Assembly (NCBI RefSeq): GCF_006345805.1
Contig: NC_043014.1
Location: 24,862,001-24,926,000, forward strand
DNA length: 64,000 nt
Reading direction: 5' to 3'
Origin: Octopus sinensis
Taxonomy: Eukaryota
Part shown: piece by piece, positions 13,386-25,528 of the stretch
How positions within the stretch are numbered: the stretch's first letter is position 1
How the letters are laid out: the number at the start of each line of letters is the position of its first letter
Notes under the pieces: generated by a model
What the model saw: only the letters and a program-made list of their open reading frames with translations
What the model was told of the DNA's origin: nothing
Databases searched by the model: none
Program-made: the position numbers and the translations under genes

Positions 13386-13625
13386 CAGGCGTTGCTATGT
13401 GGTAAGAAGTTTGCTTCCTAACCACATGATCACAAGGTTAGTCCTACTGCATGACACATTTGGCAAGTGTCTTCTAGAGCCTTGGGCCAACTAAAGCCTT
13501 GTGAATGGATTTGGTAGGATTTACCAGGCTTCAAAATATAAGTAATGAGATTGATTCCTTCAACTAGAATTCTTCAAATCTGTGCACCAGCATGGCCGCA
13601 GTCTAATGATTAAAACAAAAAAAGA
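13386..13625 (+). mobile_element. tRNA-head SINE with internal deletion
   Basis: A-box-like tgtggtaagaag and B-box-like ggttagtcc, then tggcaagtgtcttct, then tail cagcatggccgcagtctaatgattaaaac. Confidence 0.65.
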
Positions 13626-13632
13626 AAAAAAT

Positions 13633-13643
13633 ATCATCAAATG

Positions 13644-13677
<34 letters not shown>

Positions 13678-14402
13678 TTAACGTCTGCTTTCCATGCTAG
13701 CATGAGTTGGACAATTTGACCGAGGACTGGCAGACCAGATGGCTGCGTCAGGCTCCAATCTGATCTGGCAGAGTTTCTACAGCTGGATACCCTTCCTAAC
13801 GCCAACCACTCTGAGAGTGTAGTGGGTACTTTTACGTACCACCGGCATGAGGTCCAGTCAGGCAGTATTGGCAACGGCCATGCTCAAATGGTGTTTTTTA
13901 CATGCCACCTGCACAGGAGCCAGTTCAGCGGCACTGGCAACAACCTTGCTCAAATGTTTTTTCACATGCCACTGGTACAAGTGCCAGTAGGGTGATGCTG
14001 GTAATGATCATGCTCGGATGGTGCTTATTACATGCCAGAAGCATGGAAGCCAGTTAGCTGCTCTGGCAACAATCACACTCAGATGGTGCTCTTAGCACTT
14101 CACTAGCATGGATGCCAGTCATCGAATTTGATTTCGATTTCACTTGCCTCAACAGGTCTTCGTAAGTGGAGTTTAGTGTCCAATGAAGGAAAGGTACACA
14201 TAAGTGGGCTGGTTACACCCCTGGCATAGGCCACGAGGTTATCGTCTCACTTGGCTTGCCAGATCTTCTCAAGCACAGCATATTTCCAAAGGTTTCGGTC
14301 ACTAGTCATTGCTTCAGTGAGGCCTAATGTTCAAAGGTCGTGCTTCACCACTTCATCCCAGGTCTCCCTGGGTCTACCTCTTCCACAGGTTCCCTCAACA
14401 GC

Positions 14403-14404
<2 letters not shown>
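13633..14404 (-). mobile_element. RTE LINE 3' fragment
   Basis: Minus strand: VEGTCGRGRPRETWDEVVKHDL C-terminus, 3' UTR, and (GAT)n tail read as (CAT)n at 13633-13677. Confidence 0.9.
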
Positions 14405-14455
<51 letters not shown>

Positions 14456-14492
14456 GTATATATACGTATATATACTTAGATATTTTTTTCTA

Positions 14493-14585
14493 TAGAAGAC
14501 ACTTGCCAAAGGTGTCACACAGTGGGACTAACCTTGTAACCATGTGGTTAGGAAGCAAACTTCTTACCAATAGCAACACCTGTGC
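14493..14585 (-). mobile_element. tRNA-head SINE 5' fragment
   Basis: Diverged reverse complement of 13386-13480. Confidence 0.65.
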
Positions 14586-14674
14586 ACATGTATGTGTGTG
14601 TATGTATAGGGGTGGGGTGGGATGGGGGCAAAAAAATATTAACCAGGGTAGAAGTTTATATGGGTTGATAAGGT

Positions 14675-17600
14675 AGTCGAGGTAGTCAGAGTATGTGACA
14701 GAATCCTTAAGATTAGACTAGTGCTTTATCATAGGTCAGCAACCATTATCTTGGCGTATGCCCCTCAGCTGGGGCTACCAGAAGGACAGAGAGACCGATT
14801 CTATGACACCCTATTACTGACTACTTCGTTGACAAATGACAGTGACCTTCTCTTTGTGGCAGGTGATTTCAATGGACATGTTGGACGGCATGTCGGGGGC
14901 TTCCACGGCATACACGGGGGCCACGGTTTTGGCTCTCGCAATGAGGAGGGAACCAGGCTGCTGGAGTTCTGCGATGCAAATGACCTTATGATTTGCAATA
15001 CCAACTTCAGGAAACCCACCTCTCACCTAGTCACCTACCGTTCTGGCAGACACACTAGCCAGATCGACTACATCCTCGCCAGAAAGAGGGAAAAAGGGCT
15101 GCTTATTAATGCCAAAACCTTCCCAGGCGAGGAATGTACCCCTCAACATAGATTAGTAGTTAGCGACTTCAGAATCAGGGCCAAATGGATGCCCAGAATA
15201 AGACCAGTTCGGAGGAGAAGAGTCTGGAAACTTAAAGATCCTGTAAATGGACGGAGATTTAGAGAAGTTCTACTCGAAGCTTTCGACGAAATAGAAGGGG
15301 ATATAGCATCACATAATGTGGAAGCCAACTGAAGGTTTCTACAGGACAATCTGCTGAAAGCCACTGACCAGATCTGTGGATGGAGCAAAGTACCATCTTG
15401 TCCCAGGGTAACGTGGTGGTGGAACAATGTTATAGACAGGGCTATTAGAGACAAGAGACAGGCTTGGAAGGACTGGAGGAAAGGCGGTAGTAGGGAATTG
15501 TATCAGACTGCGAAAAGAGAAGCTAGGAGACCGGTATATTTAGCTAGAGGGGAAGCAGATAAGAAAAAGTTTGCCAATGTTCTGCGCTGTGAGGACCAAA
15601 GACTTGAGGTGTTTCGTGTTGCAAGACAGTGTGTGAGAGAGAATCGTGATGTGGTTGGAGAGAAATGTGTTCACATGGATGATGGTTCACTTGTGCTGAA
15701 TGAGGATGCAAAGAGAGAGGTTTGGAGATGCCACTATGAAAGGTTGCTCAACAAAGAGAATGAATGGGATAAAGAGAGTCTGCCGAATGTCGACCCAATA
15801 GAGGGACCAGCTATCCGAGTTGACAGTTCCATGGTAGTTAAGGCAATTGGTAGCATGAAGACAGGGAAAGCCCCAGGCCCATTAGGAATTACTGCTGAGA
15901 TGCTCAAAATATCTGACAGTGTCGGCTATAGCCTAGTCACCCATATAGTTAACCAAGTGATACATGAAGGAGTCATACCCAATGACTGGTGTAGTAGCAT
16001 AATAGTCAACTGCTACAAAGGTAAGGGTGACACTCTAGATACAAGTAATTACAGAGGTATCAAGCTGTTGGATCAGGTAATGAAGGTTACGGAAAGCGTC
16101 ATAGCCCAACTGATTAGAGAGAGAGTCAACCTAGACGAGATGCAGTTTGGTTTCATGCCAGGGAAAAGCACCACTGATGCCATATTTCTGGTGAGACAGC
16201 TGCAGGAGAAATACCTAGCGAAAGATAAAACTCTGTACCTGGCTTTTGTTGACTTGGAGAAAGCCTTTGACAGGGTCCCCCGTTCCCTTATCTGGTGGTC
16301 AATGAGGAAACTAGGTATAGATGAATGGTTAGTGAGAGCTGTGCGTGCCATGTACAGGGACGCTGTTAGTAAAGTGAGGGTTGGCAACGAGTACAGCAAA
16401 GAATTCCGGGTGGAGGTTGGGGTCCACCAAGGCTCAGTCCTCAGCCCCCTCCTATTTATCATAGTCCTCCAGGCAATAATGGAGGAATTCAAGACAGGAT
16501 GCCCCTGGGAGCTCCTCTATGCTGATGACCTTGCTCTAATTGCTGAATCACTATCGGAACTCGAGGAGAAGTTTCAGGTGTGGAAGCAAGGATTAGAATC
16601 GAAGGGCCTTAGCATCAATCTAGTAGGGTAGTAATAAGTCCTAATAAGTAGGAAGGTAGACAAATTTCAAACGCCATCAGGTTGATGGCCCTGCTCGATC
16701 TGTAGAAAAGGCGTAGGTAGGAACTCTATAAGATGCACCAAGTGTAAGCTATGGACACATAAGAGGTGCAGCAATGTCAAAGGAAGGCTAGCTAGGAAAA
16801 TAGTTTTTGTATGTGGCAGATGCTCTGGTGCAATAAACACTGAAAGTGCGCAGAGACCATCTTCCGCCACATTCCAGGGAGAAAAACTTGAAATAGTTGA
16901 TAGTTTCCGTTACCTAGGTGACCAAGTCAGTAGCGGGGGTGGGTGTGCCGAAAGTGTAACTGCTAGAGTAAGAATAGCCTGGGCAAAGTTCAGAGAGCTC
17001 TTACCTCTGCTGGTGATAAAAGGCCTCTCGCTCAAAGTAAAAGGCAGACTGTATGACGCATGTGTGCGAACAGCCATGCTACATGGCAGTGAAACATGGG
17101 CCGTGACTGCTGAGGATATGCGTAAGCTTGCAAGAAATGAAGCCAGTATGCTCCGTTGGATGTGTAATGTCAGTGTTCATACCAGACAGAGTGTAAGTGC
17201 CTTGAGAGAAAAGTTGGACCTAAGAAGCATCAGATGTGGTGTGCAAGAGAGGTGTCTACGCTGGTATGGACACATAGTAAGAATGGATGAAGATAGTTGT
17301 GTAAAAACGTGCCATACCCTGGCGGTTGAGGGAACCTGTGGAAGAGGCAGACCCAGGAAAACCTGGGACGAGGTGGTGAAGAACGACCTTCGCTCTTTAG
17401 GTCTCACTGAGGAAATGACCAGAGACCGAGACCTTTGGAAGTATGCTGTGCGCGAGAAGACCCAACTGGACAAGTGAGGCCATAACCCATGGCCCCTACC
17501 TGGGACGTAGTCAGCATACCTTCCTTCTTGGGACACATAACTCTACTTGTGAAGACCTGTTGAGGCAAGTGAAAAGTGACAAAATGGACAAAATCAAAAG

Positions 17601-17962
17601 CAAACTCGATGAACATTAATGGAATTTGTAGTTTTGTGGTACCAGTGCCGGTGGCACATACGAAAACCATCCGATCGTGGCCGTGCCAGCCTTGCCTGGC
17701 CTCCGTGCCGGTGGCACGTAAAAAACACCATCCGAGCATGGCCGTTCACCAGCCTCGTCTGGCACCTGTGTCAGTGGCACATAAAATCACCCACTACACT
17801 CTCGGAGTGGTTGGCGTTAGGAAGGGCATCCAGCTGTAGAAACACTGCCAGATCTGACTGGCCTGGTGCAGCCTTCGGGCTTCCCAGACCCCAGTTGAAC
17901 CGTCCAACCCATGCTAGCATGGAAAGCGGACGTTAAACGTCGATGATGATGATGATGATGAT
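14675..17962 (+). mobile_element. RTE-clade LINE, slightly 5'-truncated, few disabling mutations
   Basis: APE endonuclease (AYAPQ, GDFNGH, SQIDY), RT (QFGF, DLEKAFD, QGSVLSP, LLYADD), C4HC3 finger, GRPRKTW C-terminus, 3' UTR with ~62-bp repeats, (GAT)n tail. Confidence 0.95.
14721..17477 (+). pseudogene. RTE APE-RT polyprotein, interrupted (stop at 15330-15332, frameshift near 16620, stop near 16684)
   Basis: ORFs 14721-15332, 15498-16631 and 17013-17477 are consecutive pieces of one protein. Confidence 0.9.
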
Positions 17963-18010
17963 ATATACACACACACACTTTATTATTAAGGCTGCAGAAG
18001 CATCACAAAA

Positions 18011-18052
18011 AACTGCTACTTGGAGTTTCACGTTCCCATTCATCAGGCAGTT
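18011..18052 (-). ncRNA. Type-I hammerhead ribozyme, canonical core
   Basis: AACUGC-CUGAUGA-AUG(GGAA)CGU-GAAACU(CCA)AGUA-GCAGUU, with a 6-bp stem I. A decayed inverted copy lies at 18071-18112. Confidence 0.8.
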
Positions 18053-18249
18053 GTGATCAAGAATGATTACAACTGCCCAGGGTATGGGAATGTGAAACTC
18101 TGATTAGCAATTTTTGTAATTTTTCAATGATGGTTTTGCAGTTTTAAAAATAAAGCATATTACTCTACCTCCAGTATTTGAGTAATATTTTTTTCCCTTG
18201 TTTCACATTTATGTACTTACTTGGGTATTATATATATATATATATATAT

Positions 18250-18319
<70 letters not shown>

Positions 18320-18320
18320 T

Positions 18321-18370
<50 letters not shown>

Positions 18371-18430
18371 AGTATATATATATATATATATATATATGTC
18401 ATCAACCTCTACACCAACATCCCACATATA

Positions 18431-18475
<45 letters not shown>

Positions 18476-18552
18476 TATATATATGTATACATATATGTAT
18501 ATATACATATATGTATATATACATATATATATGTATATATACATATATATGT

Positions 18553-18583
<31 letters not shown>

Positions 18584-18637
18584 ATTGGTGAATTGAAGAA
18601 ATGGAGCTGAACGCAGATTGAACAGAAATCGTTTTAT

Positions 18638-18725
18638 TTCATTCTACACGTGTTTCGAAAGGCACAAATTACCAAAATCCGATTGAATAATGGGACCATA
18701 TTGTGTCTTTCTCTTCAGGAAGAAA
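18638..18725 (-). ncRNA. Type-I hammerhead ribozyme (inverted copy of 20533-20619)
   Basis: Reverse complement of the motif at 20533-20619. Confidence 0.8.
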
Positions 18726-19928
18726 AGAGGAAATCCGTTGGAAAAACAAAAACAGAACAGAGGCGGAGCAAAAAACAAATCGAACTGTGCTCCTAAGAGC
18801 CCATTTAATTTAGCGAACAAGGATAATTATCGGTCCGGGAGGTCTTACACTAACCCAAGACCCGTTATTCATCCGAGAATCACCCACCCGAATGCGAGAG
18901 CTGGCGTCCCGACCCATCACACTGATAGGAATAAGCATATATGGTTTGTAATCCCCTTTGGTAAGCAGATTAGAACTAACCTCCCCCTCATGTTTAGACA
19001 AGCCATCGCCAATAACTTCCCCAGAAATTCCAAATATTACTCCACGGTTAACTCACATAAAGTTAGGATAGCTTTCTCCAACACTAAAAACCTCGCCCAG
19101 ATAATCGCCTCCCATAATAGGCTACTTACTAAGACCCTATCACCTTTTTCCGGAGGCACAGCCTCTTCCGCTCCCGGTTTAATGCTCAGTAGGATTAATT
19201 ATAGTAGTAATAATGATATGAGAGCCAGTACAGTGACACATAATCTCAGCTCCAGCCAGGGAGTACCCACTAGGGGTGTAGTTATAAATAGGGGTGTTGT
19301 GGTTGACGGTAACAATGGGAGTAGGGTAGAGAGCCCCATTAGCATCCCCAGCATCATTTCCCGCAATAGCAGTACCACGGGCAGTAGCAATGACTGCACT
19401 CTGATAGATAGTGGAGAATCAGGGGTTATTCCTATAGTTAATAGTGACGTAGTGGAAAATAGAGTAGTAAGCGGCTGCAGGTCTCGGAACGAATATAGTG
19501 ACAGGAACGCAGTTCTAATTTCAGAAACCAATCCTAGCAGATTAAGATTCACGTCGGCGAACTCCAAGATCAAAAACGCCGTCTACCAATGCAAGGTTTA
19601 CACGGACTCAGATGCCTTCACTTATGTAGGGGCATCATCCTCAAGATTGTCTTTGCGTGTCTCCAACCATTACGCAACTTTTCGGGACGTGAACAAGCGC
19701 CAGACCACGGGACTCAGTAAGCTAATATGGCGACTGAAGGATGCGAACTTAAGCTATAGGCTGGAATGGTCAATTTTGTCGGTGGCCCTCCCATTTGATA
19801 GGGGCAGAAGACAGTGCAACCTTTGTGTCTCCGAACTCTTCCATATTTTGTTTGCCAGAGGCCGGATGGTAAACGGGCTCTTACAGTCGGCTTACAGTCG
19901 GCGTTACACTTATCTGGCCTTTAAATAG
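18690..19928 (+). CDS. 412-aa ORF: PLE linker, Ser/Asn-rich insert, GIY-YIG endonuclease; no RT
   Basis: HIWFVIPF...NFP...KVRIAFSNTKNLAQIIASHN, then AVYQCKV...TYVG, RVSNH, TGLSKLIWRLK, LEWSI, CNLC..E. The ATG lies inside the inverted arm. Confidence 0.7.
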   Translation: MGPYCVFLFRKKRGNPLEKQKQNRGGAKNKSNCAPKSPFNLANKDNYRSGRSYTNPRPVIHPRITHPNARAGVPTHHTDRNKHIWFVIPFGKQIRTNLPLMFRQAIANNFPRNSKYYSTVNSHKVRIAFSNTKNLAQIIASHNRLLTKTLSPFSGGTASSAPGLMLSRINYSSNNDMRASTVTHNLSSSQGVPTRGVVINRGVVVDGNNGSRVESPISIPSIISRNSSTTGSSNDCTLIDSGESGVIPIVNSDVVENRVVSGCRSRNEYSDRNAVLISETNPSRLRFTSANSKIKNAVYQCKVYTDSDAFTYVGASSSRLSLRVSNHYATFRDVNKRQTTGLSKLIWRLKDANLSYRLEWSILSVALPFDRGRRQCNLCVSELFHILFARGRMVNGLLQSAYSRRYTYLAFK

Positions 19929-20532
19929 CGTTTATAAATAATACCGGCACCCATAGCCCTTGGTAACAAATTCTGAAATAGCCTTTAAGATATCTACGAT
20001 TGACCACTGCAAGGGGAATTACTCCTGTAAGACAAACGGGGCTTGGTTTTTTCACAGCGGGGGGTTTCCTTGACAAGGTAGGCTTAGATGAGCACACACA
20101 CACATAATAATATATATATATAATTTTTTTATTTTTTTTCTTTCTGCCACCCAACGGTTATCACGGCAGTAGCCACTGACAGCCGAACGATCAAAACGCA
20201 CACACGTACACAAAAAATGTTTTCTACCCCTACGCCAACACACACATATATAGAACAGTATACACACACACACGTCTCTAAGTAGATTTTTTCTCGCCAC
20301 TTATATAAAACATCCAATATTCTTTAAATAGTCAGAACTTTATTCTCGGTCACAAAGAAAATCTCTAACACCCTCACCACATGATTGACCGATGCCTGAC
20401 CCGTTGAATTCTTCAGCCACCGGTTCTCAACATACACTGATAAACAGTTTCGCCATGGGCTCTTAGGAGCACAGTTCGATTTGTTTTTGCTCCGCCTCTG
20501 TTCTGTTTTTGTTTTTCCAACGGATTTCCTTT

Positions 20533-20619
20533 TTTCTTCCTGAAGAGAAAGACACATATGGTCCCATTATTCAATCGGATTTTGGTAATTTGTGCCTTTC
20601 GAAACACGTGTAGAATGAA
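20533..20619 (+). ncRNA. Type-I hammerhead ribozyme, canonical core
   Basis: UUUCUUC-CUGAAGA-GAAAG.CACA...UGUG.CUUUC-GAAAC-ACGU-GUA-GAAUGAA, with a palindromic stem III loop. Confidence 0.85.
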
Positions 20620-20863
20620 AATAAAACGATTTCTGTTCAATCTGCGTTCAGCTCCATTTCTTCAATTCACCAATAATGTTTTAATTTCAATTATCCGCAC
20701 CAACGCACGGTTGCAACGCCAGATGGTTGTACCTCCAACCGTGCTGTTTACTGCTGTGATTTTTGCTACTAAGGTATCGGTTAAACTGTTGATTAATCTA
20801 CTACAAGATTATTCATCTTTCTATTTCACATAATATATATATATATATAATATATATATATAT

Positions 20864-22920
20864 ATGTCATCAACCTCTACACCAACATCCCACATGAGTA
20901 TGGTATAGAGGCAATTGACTTCTGGCTAGAAAAACACCCAGAGAATTCCCTGACCGCATTAACAAGTCTTTTATTACAGAATCTCTCAAGTTCATTCTGA
21001 CAAACAATTTTTTTTTTCTCTTCGACGACACACACTACCGTAAAAAATGTGGCATTGCGATGGGTACCAAGGCTGCACCAGTCCTTGCGAACCTCATAAT
21101 GGGTTACTTCGAACTGTCACTCTATGAAATATCTAGCCAGAAATTTGGACATGTTTTCCACACCTACCTAATGGAAAACTGGAAAAGGTATTTAGATGAT
21201 TGTTTCATCATATGGAAAGAATCTTATGAAAAACTCCTGGAATTCAAAACCATACTAAACAACATACATCCCAACATCCAATTCACTATGGAATTAAGCA
21301 AACATCATCTCCCATTCCTTGATCTCCTAATTATAAAAACACCTAAGAACCAAATCATAACAGACATCTACCACAAACCTACAGACTCACAACAATACCT
21401 CCTCTTTAGTTCATGCCACCCAAAACACACCAAGACAAATATCCCTTTCAATTAGCTAAAGGGTATGCACCATTGTCTTGGATCAAAAAACACGAGAAAT
21501 ACGCCTTCAAGACCTCAAAAAAACACTATTACAACGTCAATATCCCTCCACCCTTATAGAGTATGGAATAAAACGCGCCAAAGAACTAGACAACACTACA
21601 CTGAAAACCACCCAACCTAACACCACACACAACCTCAAAATACTTCCATACATTTCCACCCAAACCCCCAAAAATATCGAAGCATACACCACAATCATAC
21701 AAAACATCAGTCTACTGTCAACAGACCCAAAAATGAAAAACATTATAAATACACACAAAATCCTCAAATGCAAAAGGCAACACAAATCTTAAAAAAACTC
21801 TTGACAAATGCCAAACTTCACACACCACATCCACCCCCAACAGTAAAAAAATGTGCACGCTAAAACTGTGGTACCTGCCCCTTTCTACTTGAAGGCTCTG
21901 AATTTACCTTCAAACAAGGTACGAAGTTTAAAATCAAGACTAACTTCTCCTGTTCCTCGAGAACCTTATCTACGTTCTCACATGCGCTGGTTGCCAACAT
22001 AATTATGTTGGACAAACGAGTCTCCCGTTACGTAAACGAGTAACGGTGCATAAAGAACAAATAAATCTCCGGAATACCGACAAATTCCACTGAGTGACCA
22101 CTTAGACTCATGTGCTAAAGACTTAAACCCCAAATTCTATATATTCCCCTTCTACCAATGTAAAGACGGGATCACCACACAGGAGAGAATTAACAAGGAG
22201 AATCTCTTATTGAAAAATTCCAAAACACAACTTAATATGCAAACTCCTCGTTGATCAAACTTCCTTTCTCTACCTCACTCTCATGGATGGACTAACACAA
22301 ATATATAAAGATACCATGCATTCATCACTTCAAGCTAAAACTTATATTCTTTAAATATCATTTTTACTATTGTTGTTATTACTATCATTTTTATTATAAA
22401 TGATATGACAATTTGAAATGCAATTGTCTATGCAGATTTATATAATTAGAAAATAATATAAATTGTTAAAATCTGAAAGTTAAGTTAACAAGCAATTATA
22501 TAAAAAAGATAACGCAAATGAAGCTAAAATGATAATTTTATAATTTGGGTTTTATTGAAGAACTCAAAAGAGTTGTCTCCCCTTACTCACAACACAGGAA
22601 CTGAAGAACCACAATTACTACTACTTCCTGTCCTGCAAACATGCTGAATTAAACAACACAACACATGCTCTTAATCCCTTTGGATCTTAACACCTCAAGG
22701 TAATTTTTTCGTGAACAACCATAAAACTCAAGATACACAACAAACTCACAATGTATCGGAGAACTAATTTTTAATTTTTGTACATTTTTATCATTATTCT
22801 TTTACAAAAAACAATGCAATTTTCTTTTTTTCCCCTTTCTAATTTTTAAAAAAACTTTTTAAAACATAAATATTCTTGACAAGTCATACAATGACGAAAA
22901 CCGGTTGAATAAATATATAT
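20864..22920 (+). mobile_element. 5'-truncated Neptune-type PLE (RT, GIY-YIG, 3' region with HHR)
   Basis: [64 protein letters not shown] (~21965-22018). Broken mainly by 1-nt frameshifts. Confidence 0.9.
22871..22911 (+). ncRNA. Minimal type-I hammerhead motif, U3-A8 variant
   Basis: UAUUC-UUGACAA-GUCA(UACAA)UGAC-GAAAA-CCGG-UU-GAAUA. One extra A in the GAAA run. Confidence 0.6.
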
Positions 22921-22998
22921 TTATATATTTTATCAATTTCTCATTTTATTAAATTTTCTTTCATTTGAGCATTCTGCTTTTTAAAAAAAATTTTTCCT

Positions 22999-23070
<72 letters not shown>

Positions 23071-23073
<3 letters not shown>

Positions 23074-23747
23074 ATGATATTAGGAATGGCCTTAATAGGC
23101 CATTCAACTCACTAAAACGAGCAGCTAAACTCAAACCGCTAAATAGTAGTAATTCTGAAATCAAAGGAAAATTAAAAACATTTACCCTAATCATCTTTGG
23201 ACTATGCATAGTTTCGACGTACTTTTTGGCAAACCAGCCTAATTAAATTAAATTAAATTTAATCAAGTCAATTTACCACTGGTCCGTCTCATCGGCAAAG
23301 AAGCCAGGAGGAATAAATATTCCACGAGGCAACAGCATCGATGCCTTGGGAATATATACTCTAAATTTTCAAAATCTACCATCATCGCGCCAACTTATCA
23401 GCAGCTAATATAAACTGCTGATTAAATTTCAGAATTAGCCAAAAAATCATTAATTAATCAATATAAGGGTAGCAAAAATTCAATAGAAATTATTTCGCCA
23501 CCAGCGGTCTAGTGAAAAAGAAAAAATAGTCAACAGACTATATAATGTACATTCAACAATAATATTAAGGAATGGCCTTAATAGGCCATTCAACTCATTA
23601 AAACGAGCAGCTAGGCCTATTAAGGCCATTCCTTAATATTATTGTTGAATGTACATTATATAGTCTGTTGACTATTTTTTCTTTCTCACTAGACCGCTGG
23701 TGAGGAAATAATTTCTATTGAATTTTTTGCTACCCTTATATTGATTA

Positions 23748-23749
<2 letters not shown>
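23071..23749 (-). mobile_element. Non-coding HHR element: ~486-bp unit, partial repeat and 5' inverted arm
   Basis: aggaatggccttaataggccattcaactca occurs at 23082 and 23568. 23453-23587 is inverted at 23614-23749. Flanked by (TA)n. Confidence 0.75.
23194..23301 (-). ncRNA. Type-I hammerhead ribozyme, CCGAUGA variant
   Basis: UCUUUG-CCGAUGA-GACG...CGUC-GAAACUA(UGCA)UAGUC-CAAAGA. Confidence 0.75.
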
Positions 23750-23790
<41 letters not shown>

Positions 23791-23873
23791 GGTCCCGGGT
23801 TGATTCGGGGTTAACCACAGTAAATAAGGTACTCAATACATAGCAGAGTAAAATTAATTTATTATGTAGAAGG

Positions 23874-23924
23874 AGCTTCTACAGGACTAGAACTGTTTCA
23901 TTCAAGAGAAATCTTCAGGAAGCT
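23874..23924 (-). ncRNA. Type-I hammerhead ribozyme
   Basis: AGCUUC-CUGAAGA-uUUC(UCUU)GAAu-GAAACAG(UUCUAGUC)CUGUA-GAAGCU. U.U mismatch at the base of stem II. Confidence 0.7.
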
Positions 23925-24249
23925 AGTTAACAAGAATTGTATTGGCATTTATACATTTAGGCAGGTTTAACGGGGTGTTGGTGGGGGACTTTTTTGGGGG
24001 TAGGCATAGCGCAAAATATCATACTTGGGGGAGTGGTCAAGGAGTCAGTGTTAAATTAGATAGAAGAATAAATAAAAAAATTAAAAAATAAAAAAATAAG
24101 AAAATAAAATAAAAAAATAAAAAAATAAAAAAATAAAAAAAAATTTAAAAAAATAAAAAAACCCATATATAAAAAAAACAAAAAAAAACCTATATATAAA
24201 AAAAGGGGCCAATAGAGTTTTAGGTAAATAAGGAGATTCTCACTTATAC

Positions 24250-25067
24250 CTATGCACACGTGTATACATACATACACACACATACAAACATATATACATA
24301 TACATACACACATACATACACACACATATATATACATATATATACACTTACACATACACATACATATACATATCTACAGATACACATATATGTATACATA
24401 CACACACTCACATGCATACACGTATACACACATGTATATATACACACACGACCTCACATACATATACGCACAGAAAAATATATATACACATACACACACA
24501 TACTCACATACACGCATACACACACATATCCACACACACACATGCACACACAGCACACTAGTCCCTATATACACATATATACACATACACACACCTATAC
24601 ACACACATACATACATATACATACATGTATACATATACATATGTGTACCTATGCAAACCTACACATACACACATATATATATACACATACAAATACAGAC
24701 CCATTCCCTAATTTTAATTTTATTATCTTCGTTTATTACTTTTGTTATCTTTGGCCGCTTGGTCACAAACATCTTGGCTATTACAGCCAGTCCATTTATC
24801 TGTCTACTGGAAAACAAGCACTCATTCACTCACGCACACTCTTTAGCACGTACTCTCACTCATTCGTACACTCATACACATACACGCACGCACGCGTTAT
24901 ATTCATACATACATCCATCTACATACATTCACGTATATACACATACGTACGCGTACCTACAGATTTATGTCTACACTCTTAGAAGCTAGTCTATATATAT
25001 ACACCAATAAATATAAATACACACACATACATATACACCTACATACAAATACATACATGTAATATAT

Positions 25068-25098
<31 letters not shown>

Positions 25099-25496
25099 TA
25101 TTCACATATATATATACACATATATACACACACACATATACACACATACGCATACACACACATATACATATATATACACTACACGCACATACACATGTAC
25201 ATGCATACCCATACACACACACACCCGCGCGCATCCATATATACACATAAGTACACACATGCGTAAAAGTATACATATATCTATGCTTACACATACACAC
25301 ACACATACGCGCCTCCTTATATTCATACTTACATGCATACTCAAAAAATAAGTAAATAGTAAAATATATATACGCGCAGTTATTCGTACATGCATACTCA
25401 AAAAATAAATAATAAATATTAAGTATATGTACGTGCAGTTACCTATTATATAGACGGATACATACATATAAACTTACACACACACTATATATATAT

Positions 25497-25528
<32 letters not shown>

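Larger units (their letters stand above)
18575..20830 (+). mobile_element. 5'-truncated PLE with inverted 5' copy of its pseudo-LTR, inserted in (TA)n
   Basis: 18575-18804 is the near-identical reverse complement of 20455-20683. The linker plus GIY-YIG ORF lies between them, and both arms contain the HHR. Confidence 0.85.

Noticed and set aside
13386-13460. tRNA gene
   Set aside because: Only degenerate A/B boxes continuing into SINE body; no cloverleaf.
15330-15332. In-frame TGA as selenocysteine recoding
   Set aside because: It sits at a position that appears to be Trp in the 58.8-62.4 kb copy, and the element has other lesions; simple nonsense mutation is more likely.
20405-20455. Minus-strand GAAAC...CTGAAGA as a type-II hammerhead
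   Set aside because: The cleavage position would be G and stem I does not form.
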